DNA of 64,000 nucleotides from Podospora anserina (Eukaryota): NCBI GenBank assembly GCA_017654855.1, contig CM030336.1, positions 4,650,001 to 4,714,000 of the forward strand, read 5' to 3'. Shown piece by piece: positions 35,906 to 48,868 of this stretch (position 1 is its first letter; each line of letters starts with the position of its first letter). The notes under the pieces were generated by a model. It saw only the letters and a program-made list of their open reading frames with translations, ran no database searches and was not told where the DNA came from. The position numbers and the translations under genes were made by a program.

Positions 35906-37491
35906 ATGGCCCACCAGTCACCTCCCATGCAGCCCCCGGCGCAACGACCTTCTCCACTGCCTTTCGACGACCAGCCGGGCCTCGAGGTTGTGCCACACGA
36001 TTACCTTCCCGAAGTTCGTCCGGAGGAAGAACCCAAGTTCTATCTGGTACCGGCTCAACATCAAGCTCAAAAGGCCCACCTCAGCGAAGATTTTCCACAG
36101 GCGGTCGATAGCAACGGGGAACTAGATGTGGGCAGTCCAACCTCGACCGAAAAGGGCACACTTCCTGTCAGCAAATCGTACCAGAGGCGAAAATGGTGGA
36201 TCATAGGCGGTACTGCTTGTGTGGTGGTTGCCATTGTTGTCGGCGTTACTCTGGGTGTCGTGTTATCACTTAGAGCTGGCGATGATAACAGCAACGCTGT
36301 CCTAAACAGCAGGCCAGAAACCATCCGCCAAGGCTCCAAACTCTCTGCAGTGGGCTGGCGCAAAGCGAATGGTGATGTTGAGAGATTCCTCTTTTACCTC
36401 GACCCCCAAGGTCGAGTCAGACGCTCGCGAAGTATCACCGGCCCAGGCAGTTCTACTTCCATATGGGAAGAACAACCAGTGCTTGACTTGAAGGCAACCA
36501 ACGGTACCTCACTTGCCGCCACAATAGCTCTTGACGGCAGAGCGTACAATGTATGTCCATTTCTTTTGTTGCTACATTGATTCCCAAGCTCACTAGATGT
36601 CTCTTAGCCGCAGACAGTACTATTTTACGAGGAGGACACAAAGGTCTTTGCCGCCGTCATCAACGAAACCATACAACCAAACATTCAGACTGAAAGCTTC
36701 TCGGGCGGGTACGGTCGTGATATTGGGGATTTTACCATGGCCAGTGGGGCTAGTTTAGGCTCATACTGGCCTTACGTCGTTACTCAACACGAGTCCGGTC
36801 ATATTATTCAAAACGATCTAGCGCTAAGGCGTGGCCTTGTTCCCAGTAGTGGCCATGACTGGTATGTAAAGAATCTTACCATTGCTGCCTACGAGGGTAC
36901 ATCATTGTGCATAGTACCCACAAGCACCAACTTTACCAAGATCAGGGACTACGAGGCCTACGGTGTAGTCTATCAGAAGCCCAACCAAGGCATAGCCCTC
37001 CATTACCCTGCCTTTGGTCCAGGCACAAACGAATCCGTGCAGCGCGACCAGGTTCCAGAAAGTAGGTCAACTGCCAACAAATGGCAAGGGTCTGTTTGCT
37101 AACAAAGCTTTCAGTATTCCCACTGGAATATGTATTCCCTCCCCAGGCGCCGATGGCCGCTTTCGCCGTCGCTCAAAATGACAACGACGACGAGGGTCCG
37201 GTGAACATCTATCTCATCATCAAGAGTTATACCAGCGGCACATTTTCCGTTTGGTTCACGGAAAACTCGTCTTATTGGATGGAGGAATCGCCTGCGGTAT
37301 TCCAAAACGTTGACGAAGATTCGGATATTGCGTGCTCCAGTTTGGCTGTTACCAACTCGGACTGGGAAGAGCAGGAGGTCCCGCTGGCGCCGGACAATGT
37401 GCGGTGCTACTTTCAGCGTAATGGCACGGTTGTCGAGGTGAGCTTTGAGGGCTCAGGGTGGACTGAAATTGGGGTGGTGCCGATACCGTGA
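35906..37491 (+). CDS. Single-pass membrane protein with fucose-lectin-like beta-propeller ectodomain
   Basis: PGLEVV motif, RRKWW + TM helix, GSKLSAVGW..LFYLDPQGRV and NGTSLAAT repeats. Introns 36551-36607 and 37062-37114. Confidence 0.65.
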
Positions 37492-38339
37492 GATACAGTT
37501 TGCTCTCAAATCAGGGACAGCAGCTGGGAACTAATTGTCGTTAAATGGCAAGCCGCGGGGGTCATGGGAATGGGAAACGAGCTAACATTCTTGGTGATGG
37601 ACGAACGTGGGGTTGTAATACCTGTTGAAATCTGCCTTGTCGGGGAAGTCACTTCAAATGCACCTTGGGTCTTCAAAGTTCCGACTGGCTTCGATAGAGG
37701 ACTGGAGTGATTGGATTAGGTTGATGGTTACTACGTATTAAACTACAAGATCCTTGGATAGAGTCATCACAACATGCTGATAGAGTTCAGTCAAAACTTG
37801 AATCTATATGTTGAAAAGCAGGAATTAAAGGAGCTTAAATCTGCCTCTACAGATGAGGGAAAATGCTGGGCCTCATTCTGTATTACATATCGCTCCTTCC
37901 TCACATAACTTTGCAAGGATCCAGCGATTCGGGAAGGTCACACAAGCTTTACGTTCGACTTTATGTCTGGGCAAGGCCCAGCAAAACAGTCGGACAGTTC
38001 GGTCAAGATATGTCTCGGGCGTACCGCAATTTACGTTGCCTTCCATATATGCTCAAGTGAGGCACTGGCGAGTGTCTGTCTTCGTGATAGGCTCAAGGTC
38101 GGTAACTCCGGCAGGTAAGCGGGTCGATCCTCTTCCGCCAAAGCCACGAGATCGGCCATTTGTCTGTCTGATGCTACCGTGGGAATAAGTCTGTGACAAA
38201 CCCGAGGGCCGTTACCTAGTTACGAGCTTTGCGGTTTCTCTCCGAACACAAGGTCAAAAGCCGTGTCCATCTTACCGAAAGTTGAGTGCATCATCTTAGT
38301 AGGTGCCAAGGGGAATGAAGCCACCAAACGATCGCAGAA

Positions 38340-39724
38340 TATGGCTTTTTTGCAGCATGCGACTACCGGCAATCTCAACAGTGCCCTGCCCGCTTCACCA
38401 CCAGATCAAGTTGATGATTTGGGCCCGGTTATTTTGGGAACGGGAGCAGCGTTGATCCCTATTACCGTGATCATAGCGGTGGTTCGGATTGCCACTGGGC
38501 GCATCATTTCGCGGCGGCATGTTGACGACTGTAGGCAGCACATCTCCGTGTGAACTTGGTATCTACGATAGCTAACATCAAAAGACGTGTGCCTACTCAC
38601 ATTATCCCTAGGCATCGCCCAATGGGCCACCATGTACCGCAGTAAGCTTCAGGTACCTACTCACCTCTCCCCTTCTCCAGATTCTGCTATCTGCTCCCTA
38701 ACTCTCACAACCATCACAGTCGCCCAACTAGGCATAGCCCGCCACGCCTGGGACATCCCGCTCACGTCCATCACGCCCACAGTCTACCAAGTCTGGGCTA
38801 CCCACACCATCTTAAGGATCATCTCCTTTTTCCAACACGAAAGCTCTCATCCTCACCTTTTACCTCCGTCTCTTTGGGACTATCCGCTGGGTTCGCTGGA
38901 CGTGCTACACCTTTTTGGTCCTCTCAGTGATTATCTACGGTATAATCGACATCTGGTACATCGCCGGCTGTGTCCCCAGGGGTTTGAAGCTACCGGTCTG
39001 CGACGAGACTGGGCCGTTGATTCTGGTGGGAGGTGTTTTCACAGTGGTGGCGGATGTGCTGTTGTTTGGGCTGCCGTTTCCGATTATTGGGGGGTTGAGG
39101 CTGAGTAGGGATACGAAGAGTGGATTGGTGGTTTTGTTTGGTTTTGCGATTCTGTGAGTGTTCTCAACGCTCCGCTCTGTAGGTAGGCGTGTTATGAGCT
39201 CGGCTAGTTGCTGACTTTATGCCTGCTTGGGCAGTATCATCACCACAAGCACGGTCAGTTTGGCGTATAGAATCGCCATTGTTAAAAATGGGACGGAAGA
39301 CCCTCCAGCTTCTTGAATCTTGGGACGGTGCCGAGGTTGCTAGTATAGTAGTACTGCGTACCTTATGATACCAATCTCCTCACCATTTACCATCATTCAG
39401 CTGACGTATGTGAACTGGTACGTGGAAATCTTTGGAACGGTCATCGTCGCCTGCGCACCAGCTTTGTATACGTTTTGGACTCGCATCCTTCGCCAAACAA
39501 GGCTCTACTCAAGACTGAGGTTTGAGTTTGGGTTCAAACGGCAAACACAACAAGACATAGGACTGGATGGGTGGAAGACCTGGCCAGCTGGGGATGGGGC
39601 GGTTGCAAGGCCGCAGAGGGCTGTTGTCGCGGAAACCGAGAGTAGCCAGGACTTGATCCAGGGGCATGGTGGGATTGGTGGAATACGGAAGACGGTGACT
39701 GTTACTCATAGTATCAGTGTTTAA
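38340..39724 (+). pseudogene. PTH11-like (fungal rhodopsin-domain) integral membrane protein, frameshifted
   Basis: GIARHAWDIP, TKALILTFYLRLF, ADVLLFGLPFPII and EIFGTVIVACAPAL. Frameshift near 38830-38837, and a second shift with TGA near 39305-39317. Confidence 0.75.
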
Positions 39725-40208
39725 CAGCTACCTAAGGTACCTACCTACCCAACTACAGGCTGGGTCCTGTCAGGCGGAACCCTGGAGGTTGACGCTCGAA
39801 ATTGCTTGCATCCCAATCTGCCCCCTTTATTCGTCGCTTCGAGATCACATTCTAGTAATAGACAGCCTCTCTCACGGCATCCCCGTGCCGAACCCAGACT
39901 CTAAGTCTCACTTGTACTTCGTGACCAACAAATGCAACCAAGTGCCCAAATTGCGAGGTGAAGCTTTCGCGTTAAATGTCCGGAGAGCTGGTAGAAAATG
40001 GACCAGGAAGAGGGCGTACACGACCTGCTGACAATAAATGGGAAGGAAGAAGGTTCTCTAACACTCTAGCTATCCTGTTGTAAACCCGATCACTCTATGG
40101 TTCCATTGGTTGAGAGAACATGGGTACCTCCTATATTAGGGTTGGGTTTTCCGCTCAACATACGTCGTGATGATCCCATTATGGGTTCTGTTTTCACAAC
40201 AACCCAGC

Positions 40209-40327
40209 ACATACGACCATAGATAGCTGAAAGCTCGGGATCCCGTCCGCTCTCCCCTAGATAAACAGCTAATCGCCAGATCAGTACTCAGGTGGGTGAC
40301 CACTGGGGAATCCCTGGTGTTGTATGT
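40209..40327 (+). rRNA. 5S rRNA (divergent isotype B)
   Basis: 119 nt followed by a T-run. 19 differences from the 16827 copy by hand alignment, including compensatory stem changes. Confidence 0.95.
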
Positions 40328-40690
40328 TTTTGGCTCCATTTTGACTCCATTTTTGGTGGGGCTAGATATCCAATGTAGAATTGCGTTGGTGGGAGGCCAC
40401 ATGGAGTCCTCAGTCATAGCTACGGCAAACAGTTTTATTTTTATTAGGTTTGCTTCTCAAGTTCCTTCTCTTTTTACCAGTTATTTCAACAGGTGTTGAT
40501 TCAGCTCTGAAGTCGTAATGAATCACTGGCACACAGCTTGCATCTGTTAGCCCGCCCCTGAATGGTTGCCTTGGCAACTGCCGTTAGGTCCCTCAATACT
40601 CTCTTCAATCAAACGAAGCTCGGTTTAAGTCAGTTGACGTTGTATCCTACACCGTCATTACACTCGATGACTGCGAGTCCCCGAAGCATC

Positions 40691-42210
40691 CTAATTACAC
40701 CGGCCGTAGCCCCTTTGACACCCTGTCGCGCAATGGGCACTCGTCGTGCCACAGAAACCCCCCGCGCTGCAGCACTGGTTGTTGAAGTCACCGCCGTTGC
40801 ATGTCCACCCGCCCTTGCTGGGACCGCAGCTGCCGTCGACCGAGGGAATGTTGGTCGTGAGACACGCGTTGGAGAAGCTCCTTTGACTGTTTTTGAAATC
40901 ACATTAGCAATCAGTCCTTACGTCAGTTGTGTTGGTTGTTGAAAACAATACTCACCATCCTTGTCCGCAATGATTCGCCGTCGCGCCACAATTTCCAGTC
41001 GCCGAGCAGCAGTTTCCAAACCCGGAGCCAACACACGTCTTGCCATTCAAGCCGCATTTGCCGTCCGTCGAGATCGTCCCGCTTCCACCGCTGCAGGTAC
41101 CGAAGGACGCCTGGCAGCCCGCTTGGCAGTGGTCGTTTGCGCTTCCGCAATACCCGCCAGAGGAACAACAGTTCCCGAAGCCCGATCCTGTGCATGTCTT
41201 GCCGTTGAACGTGCCGCATCTTCCATCGGTGGAGATGGTGCCGCTCCCGCTGCTACAGGTCCCAAATGACGCTTGACAACCCGCTTGGCAGTGGTCGTTG
41301 GTGCTTCCGCAGTAGCCGCCGGCCGAGCAGCAGGTTCCGAAGCCCGATCCGGTACACGTCTTGCTGTTGAAGGTGCCGCACCTCCCGTCGGTGGAGATAG
41401 TGCCGCTTCCCCCGGAGCATGTGCCAAAGCCGGACTGACAACCGGCGCCGCAGTGGGTGGTGGTGCCGCCACAGAAGCCGGCAGTAGAGCAACAGTCTCC
41501 AAAGCCAGATCCGGCACACGTCTTGCCGTTTCTGGTGCCACACTCCCCGTCGGTAGAGATACTGCCGCTTCCGCTCGAGCATGTGCCAAAGCCGTACTGA
41601 CAACCGGCGCCGCAGTGGGTGGTGGTGCCGCCACAGAAGCCGGCAGGAGAGCAACAGTCTCCAAAGCCAGACCCGGCACACGTCTTGCCGTTTCTGGTGC
41701 CACACTCCCCGTCGGTGCTGACGTTGGACTCGGTGCAGGTGCCGAAGAGAGACTGACAACCGGCGCCGCAGTGGGCGGAGGAGTCGCCGCACCAGTTGGT
41801 GGCGGAGCAGCAGGAGCCGAAGCCCGAGTTGGTGCAGTTGTAGAGGTTTGGGTAGCCGCAGGAGCCGTCTGGAGAGGGCACACCGGTCCAGGGGACGTTG
41901 CAGTTGCCGTAGCCTTGCTGACTGTTTTTTTTTGTAAGAGATGATGATCCCCAAGACACTGAAGTGGGCGTGAGGTGACTTACCAGCCATCACCACAGGC
42001 TGCCTGGAAGCCGCAGCGGCCGTCGGCACCGCAACAGGCTCCCCAGGTAGGTGTGCATACCCAGTCGTCGGACATGTCAGGGCCGCAAGAGCCATCCTCT
42101 GTGATGGCACCGTTGTGCCATGGTGGGGGATCGCCGGGGCTCTGGCAAAGGACACCGGCGAGGTGTGCGGTGGTGATGCCGAGCAGGGTGGTCACGCTGG
42201 AAAAGCGCAT
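40691..42210 (-). CDS. Secreted chitin-binding protein with 8 CBM18 (hevein) modules, 462 aa
   Basis: Signal peptide, introns 41922-41983 and 40887-40955, and eight DGxCG..C..CCSxxGxCG..HC..GCQ..C units. Confidence 0.93.
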
Positions 42211-42792
42211 GGCGAGGGGCGCTGAAAAAAAGGCTTAAGGCAGTGCTTGTGGTTTGTGTGAGGAACAAAGGGTTTTAGCGGGGGATATAGTCGAGATATG
42301 TCGGTCACCTCCGCTTCGCGCTTTTGCTCGGGCCCCGGGGCATGACTTCAGTTCCTAGGGGGAAGTGATGTTCCCGATCCCTGGTTGAAGTCGCCTGATC
42401 ATTTCGCTCGGGCGGTTGCCTCGGCCCTTGGACAAGCAGTGTCGACCAAGAATCTCCGAATTATCACGGTCTAGATGTCATCTCGGTAACATCGGGCCGG
42501 CGAGGTTGCTGTGACCGGGGTTGGAGTGTTCGGAGCAGACTGCCCTAAACCCTTCGCCGAAGATCATAGTTTGTAAATCCTCAGCACTAGAGTTTTTTGA
42601 ATAAGTCCGACCCCTGTCAGTGGGTCACTAGAGAATCCCATCACTCTTCCTGTGACAGGTTCGATTTAACGGAACAAGATGACTAGTGGCAACCTCAATC
42701 CCGATTATCCGGTAACGACGGAGCTTATAAACATGTTTACATGGCCTCCCTTTCAAGATTTCGTCTGAAGTGCTCCAAGGCTTGACTCAACG

Positions 42793-45700
42793 ATGCCTCG
42801 CGGAGGGGGAAATCACCTCAGCACTGCCCTCTGGGTAGCTGCAGCGGTCTTTCTTTTTTGCCTCTCGCCTTTCCTCTTTTCCGAAACTGCCCCTCACAGC
42901 AACATCATACAACGCTCAACAACAGATGCCCCTATCGACTCTATCATTGCCCGCCGTGACGCGGCCGCCATCCCCGATTCTCGCCGTAGCCCAGGCCATT
43001 CCAACCCCCTCAAACTACCTCCCCATGAGCCTCTTTTGTTTGAGGAGCCCTCTGTCTCTGAGCCAGAGCCATCATCGAGCAGCAATCTGACACGGCGGTC
43101 GGCAAGCCTGTCCAGACGCGACGGTCCGCTGTACTGTCACGATGGACCTTGCATTGACGGCAGCTGCTGCGGCCCCGACAACATCTGCGGCTTTGGCCCC
43201 GACTTTTGCGGAGAGGGCTGCCGGTTCAACTGCACTGCCACGGCCATGTGCGGAGAACACAGCGAGTTCGGACAGATGCCCTGCGGCATGAAGCTGTGCT
43301 GCTCATCCAGCGGCTGGTGTGGGGTGAGTACCTACCTACCTAACCTACCTTCCCTTGTCCAAGATGCTGATAGCTACATGTACGACTAGTCCACCGAGGT
43401 GTACTGCCACAACGCCGACCCGCTGCGCGGCACTTTGCCCTGCCAGGCTGGCTACGGCTCCTGCTACATTACCGGCCCGCCCTCATGCCCCTACGGCGGC
43501 GGCACCACCAGTGGCCGTCACATCGGCTACTACCAGTCATGGAACGTGCGTAACCGGCTCTGCAACAAGGTCTCTCCCAGGCAGCTCAACACCACTGGCT
43601 ACACCCATTTGTTCTATTCTTTCGCGTCCATTGACCCATCTACCTTCCGCATCGCCCACGCCCACCCGGATGATCCCGCCATGATGCGTGAGTTCACCGG
43701 ACTCGCTAAACCGGGTCTGAAAACCTGGATCGCCATCGGTGGCTTCGACTTCAGCGACAAGGGGACGCCCACTCACCGCACATGGAGCGAGATGGTCGCC
43801 TCCCGTGACCGCCGAGCCGTCTTCATCTCGTCAGTGAAGGACTACATGGATGAGTATGGCTTCACCGGCGTCGACATTGACTGGGAGTACCCTGGTGATC
43901 CGGAGAGAGGTGGGAACAAGCTTGCCGACACGCAGAAGCTCGTCCTGCTGATGAAGGAGATGAGGGCCGCGTACGGCAGCAACTACGGCATCAGCCTGAC
44001 GCTGGCGCCTGACTATTGGTACCTGCGCTGGTTCGACGCCAAGGCGATGGAGCCCTACGTCGACTTTTTTGGCTTCATGGCCTATGACTTGCACGGCCCT
44101 TGGGATGCCGACGTCAAGGCCCTGGGCAGCAAGGTTCGCGGCCAGGCCGACATTCGCGAAATCTCCGAGAATACAAAGCCGCTGTGGTTTGACGGCCTCA
44201 ATCCCGCCAAGCTGAACTTTGGTCTCGCCTTGTACGGACGCGGCTACACCCTGGCTGACCCGACCTGCAACCAGCTCTTGTGTCCCTTCGCTGGCGGAAG
44301 CAACCCGGCCCCTTGCACCAACTTTGAGGGCGTCATGTCGCTCCACGAGATTCAGCAGCTCATCGATCGGAAGGGCCTCACTCCCCAGTACCTTCCCGAC
44401 GCGATGATGAAGCAGATCACATGGGATGACCAGTGGATCGGCTACGACGACGACGAGACCTTTGCCGCCAAGAAGGCCTGGGCAGACTCGAGATGCTTCG
44501 GCGGCACCATGGTCTGGAGCATCGACTTTCAGGTGGCTGGTTCTGGTGATTCAGATGACCAGAAATACGGCGACGTTGTCTACATCGGCCAGGAGGTGTT
44601 CGAGACACCTGCGGCCCAATGCCCAGCCCCGTGTATCATGGTCTTCCCCTCCAGCTCGCTGCAAGAGCCCAAGGTCCTCACAATGCAACCGTACACGGCC
44701 ACGCTTGAGGTTGGCACCACCACAACCACTATCGTCGCTGTCAGCACCCCAAGCACAACCACCGTCTCGGTCGTCAACTTTTTCAACCACTACATTACCA
44801 GCGGACAGCCCGCGGGGGCCGTAGTCACGCTACGACCAAGCATCCAGCCGCCTCCCCTCATGCTTGTGGTGACCGGTCAGGACAGCGAGACAACAACAAG
44901 AACAGTCCTACCCCCGCCCCTTGGTGGTGCCTTTTCCGGCGGCGGTGGTGGTGGTGGTAGTGGTGGCGGTAGCAGCAATCCGACAAGCTCTCCTACCACG
45001 ACCATCAACACCACTTACACTCCCCGGCCCCCCAATGCTGGCGGGCACACAACAACGATTGCCATGCCCACCAGCCCAGTGGAGGATTCTGACGATTCCG
45101 ACGACGACGATAATGACCCCCCTGTGCTCCCAGGCTTTCCAACGGGCACTGTTGACCCCGTCGACGAAGAAGACGACGATGATCCTCCCCCTCCTGGCAA
45201 GACACGCCTCAAGTGCGACCTCTGGTTCTTTAACATCTGCATCAACTGGCCCGAGCTCGGCATCAAGATCGACTGGTGGGATGTTGAGCTGCCCACAGGC
45301 CGCCACGGACCGGGGACCATGCCCCTTGGCTATATCAACCTCCCGGGTGGATGGCACATCGGCTGCGCGAACCCTCCCTGCTCGCTGCCGTGGCCCGAGA
45401 TCGACATCCACCCCGGTGGCGGCTTACTCGCTGTCACCCCCGCCGCACCGACGCCGTGCAAGCCGGTAACCGCGACGCTCACTATCTCGACCACTTCGTA
45501 CGCCACGACAACCACCCAGGGCACCGTCCGGACTATCTCGTCCCGCACCATGTCCAGCGAGTTTCCGATCCTGGGGTGCGCCCTCACCGACCTTACCGTT
45601 AGCGTGTCTAAGACCGCCTGCGCCTCGCCGCAACCTACGCCGAGGTCCATCGGGGAGAGAGATGACACTCTTGATGATGACGACTGTGAAGACGACGACG

Positions 45701-48700
45701 AGTGGGCTGATTTCGCTCTCGTCCTCAACAATCCTTTGAGCAAGATCAGCGGAGCCCTGCGGGCGGAGCTTGAGGATGCTGTGTCTGGCCAAGAGCTGGA
45801 CGACTGGACAGTCATCACGATCGACGACCCGGTCTTCACAGCATTTATCTGGCTGTATGACGCGAGAAAGGCTTATGGTCGAGGACTAACGGGGTCGTAT
45901 GGGGTAAGCTTTTTATATTAACCAGATTACCTAGGTATACTTCCATCTGCAACGCGGCTAACCACTCCACCTTGTTTTATAGATTGGCTCGGTCCATATG
46001 ATAGAACACCCGCCGCGGCGGGAGGACTCGCCCCCGGGATCCCCCTCGTCGTCTTCAAGGATGCGACGACGACACAGTCGATCCTCACCTGGCTCTCGCC
46101 GAGGTGTGCAAAGTCGCAATAGGAACGAGACAGCAGCATTGGCCGTCGGCTATCCGGACCAACCCATCTCCCCCAAACGCAGGATCGTTAAGCGGACGCG
46201 CAGCGAGATGCGCAACTACGCCATGGCCCACCTCAGCATCCCGCCCGAAGTCGAGTTTGCGAGCAACGACGAGTACTTCAAAGAGGGCGACGACCGAGAC
46301 CGATACTACTACCAGCGAGACGCCTCTGAGTGCCAGGACCAGGACGTCTACCTGATCGAGAGCGGCTACCAGACGGACCACCCGCACTTCCTCCCCCTAC
46401 GCCAGAACGGCCACCAGGAGACGCTGCCCCGGCACCTGTCGTCGTGGTGGGACGACAATCTAGTCTGGTACCCCGACCACCCCACCGGGGTGGGCTCCGT
46501 CATCGCAGGCCGCTACACCGGCGTCTGCCCCGAAGGCAAAGTCAGGCTCATCGGTACCGACGTACCTCATAGACGGTGGGATGAGGGCACGGATTCGCCC
46601 GTCTGGGCCTGGATGCTCATCGATGCTCTGACTACGACGCTGGGGCGGGTCAAGTCCAACGGCCGCGGCACCAAGTCGGTTATCAATATGTCGTTCAGCA
46701 TGATCGTGTTTAATGAGCCGATGCGCAATATGTTGAGCACGCTGCTCCAGCAGCTAGACAGCCTCGGCGTAGTTATCGTCGTTGCGTCTGGCAACCACCC
46801 AGATTGGCACAACGCCGATTTAGTGCCGCCGCCCGCTCGCGACGTCTGGCCTCGCGGGGAGGCACAGGTCCCGAACATTATCTTGGTCGGCGCGACCGAT
46901 ATCCACGGCCGCAGGGGTATCTTTTCCCAAGCGTGCGAGGTATACGCGGCGGGCGTGGATGTGGCCGTCTCCCTCCTGGGCGGCGGCGACGACGACTTCG
47001 AGGTGGTCAACGGGACGTCTTTTGCGGCGCCGGTCGTGTCGGGCTTAGTGGCGTACTTGCGCGCCCTCGTCGCCATTAAGGATCCCAGCAGACTCCGTGA
47101 GTTCGACGACCCGGCCTACGTCAAGGAATTTATATGGAGTAACCAGCGGCGTGTCCTGTACGACGACTACACGGAACGCAACCCCGAGCCGGGGCGCTAC
47201 GCTAACAACGTGAAGCGCACTAGGTGGGTGCGTTCAGTGTGGAACGGTCAGTCGGAATCGGACAACCAGTGCTACTTCGGGGACTCGCTTCCAGCCGAAT
47301 GTGATACGTACCCCGAAGACCTTGATGACGGTCCTGACGATAGGTATCATTTCGGGCAGGAGGACGACCAATATGGGGATGATGATGATTGTTCGGGGAG
47401 CGGTTCTGATGGCGGATCTTGGGACGGCTCGGATCCCGGCTCAGACTTGGCCCGTAGGCAGTCGAGGAAGCGACAGGCGGGCGGGCAGTGTCCCGTACCC
47501 GGGGCACCGGGTAACGGGGGTGGTGGCGGTGGCAGTGACGGCGGCGACGTTGGAGGGCAGGACCAGCTCGGCCCATCCAAGACGTTTACTTACCAAATTG
47601 GCACTCCCTCCCCCACCTGCACCACCGGATGCGGCGTTCTTTGCACCGACTTCTGGTGCCGGCCCGATCACACCGGACAGCCGCCGCACTTTACCGAGCC
47701 CACCCGCCTCCCGCCGTCCACCATCACCCCTGCGCCGACAGCCGTCGAGCCGATCCCCTCCAACTGCATCTCCTCCACTACCACAAGGATCTGCTACGGC
47801 GACCGCCAGGGTCAGATCTGCGCGTCAGCGACGGTGTGCGTCGCCACCCCATGCCCGGACGGCTCCGTCTGCAGCATCACCAGCCCTGTTGATGGGAGCA
47901 CCCCCAGTCCCACTACTAATGAGGATCTGCCTCCACTCCCGGCACCAACCTCCCTATCCTGCCCCCCGCCCTGGTTTTCCACCACATCGGCCTCGTGCGG
48001 CGGCAGCGGCGGCAAGTCGGCCTGCGTGACAACTACCGTTTGCGCCGTCACACCGACCTCGACACCGGTCTACGAGCTCACCATCATCCCGTCGTGTGGA
48101 GGCAACTTGCTGTGCGTCTCCAGAACCGCGTGGGTCAGCTGCACGGGCGGCGTCGCGGCGCGCGAGCTGCCCGAGCCGACAACAGTGTCAGCCTTTGGCA
48201 CGATCCCGACCAACCTTGCCCCCCACCAGGACCACCAAGGCAGCGGGGAGGAGAAGCGTGCCGCGGTAGCAGCAGCAGCAGCAGTCAAGTACCCTCGACG
48301 GCCACCCGCGGGCCGTCCCGTCCTCGCACCAGCCGCGCCCGTCGTCAAGGACCTCTCGCCAGCCGCCCCCCCGGCGCCCCCCCAGATCACCGACCACGCC
48401 GTCCTCCAAGCCCGCCAGGCCGGTGGGGAGGTCTGCCACGTCACCGTCTTCTGCAACGTCTGCGAGTCCCCCCCCAGGCCGTCGCCCGCGCCCCCGCCGC
48501 CGCCGCCCGACCCGTGCATCAAGATCAAAATGACCGAGGTCATGACCGGGCTCAACCTCAACGGCCTCCAGTACGAGGCCGAGGTCACCCTCAACGGCAA
48601 GCGCGTCTGCAAGGTCGACTCGCGCTGCAACGAGCTCGCCAGCAGCACGGACGAGTGCCTGGGGGTGAACGGCAAGCGCGAGTGCTCGGACGGGAACCGG

Positions 48701-48868
48701 ATCGACACGTGGAACACCAAGCACTTTGCCATCTACAGCAAACAGAACGACAAGGTGTACGACGTCGATATGAAGGTGCAGGTGTTCGAGGGCGTGTGGG
48801 ACCCGTGCAACGGGGCCGGGTTCATGTGCATCGCGACCGTGTTTAGGGGGCAGACGGGGAAGTGCTGA
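42793..48868 (+). CDS. CBM18-GH18 chitinase (subgroup C-like) fused to an S8 subtilisin-like domain and Cys-rich tail, ~1976 aa
   Basis: Phase-0 introns 43324-43389 and 45904-45982 join three ORFs. GH18 motifs FTGVDIDWEYPG, MAYDLHG and GGTMVWSID. S8 motifs VYLIESG, HPTGVGSVIAG, VINMSF, VVASGN and NGTSFAAPVVSG. Confidence 0.88.

Noticed and set aside
17490..48868. AAA ATPase + S8 protease as an IetAS-like toxin-antitoxin pair
   Set aside because: The genes are ~25 kb apart and the S8 domain is part of a secreted fusion.
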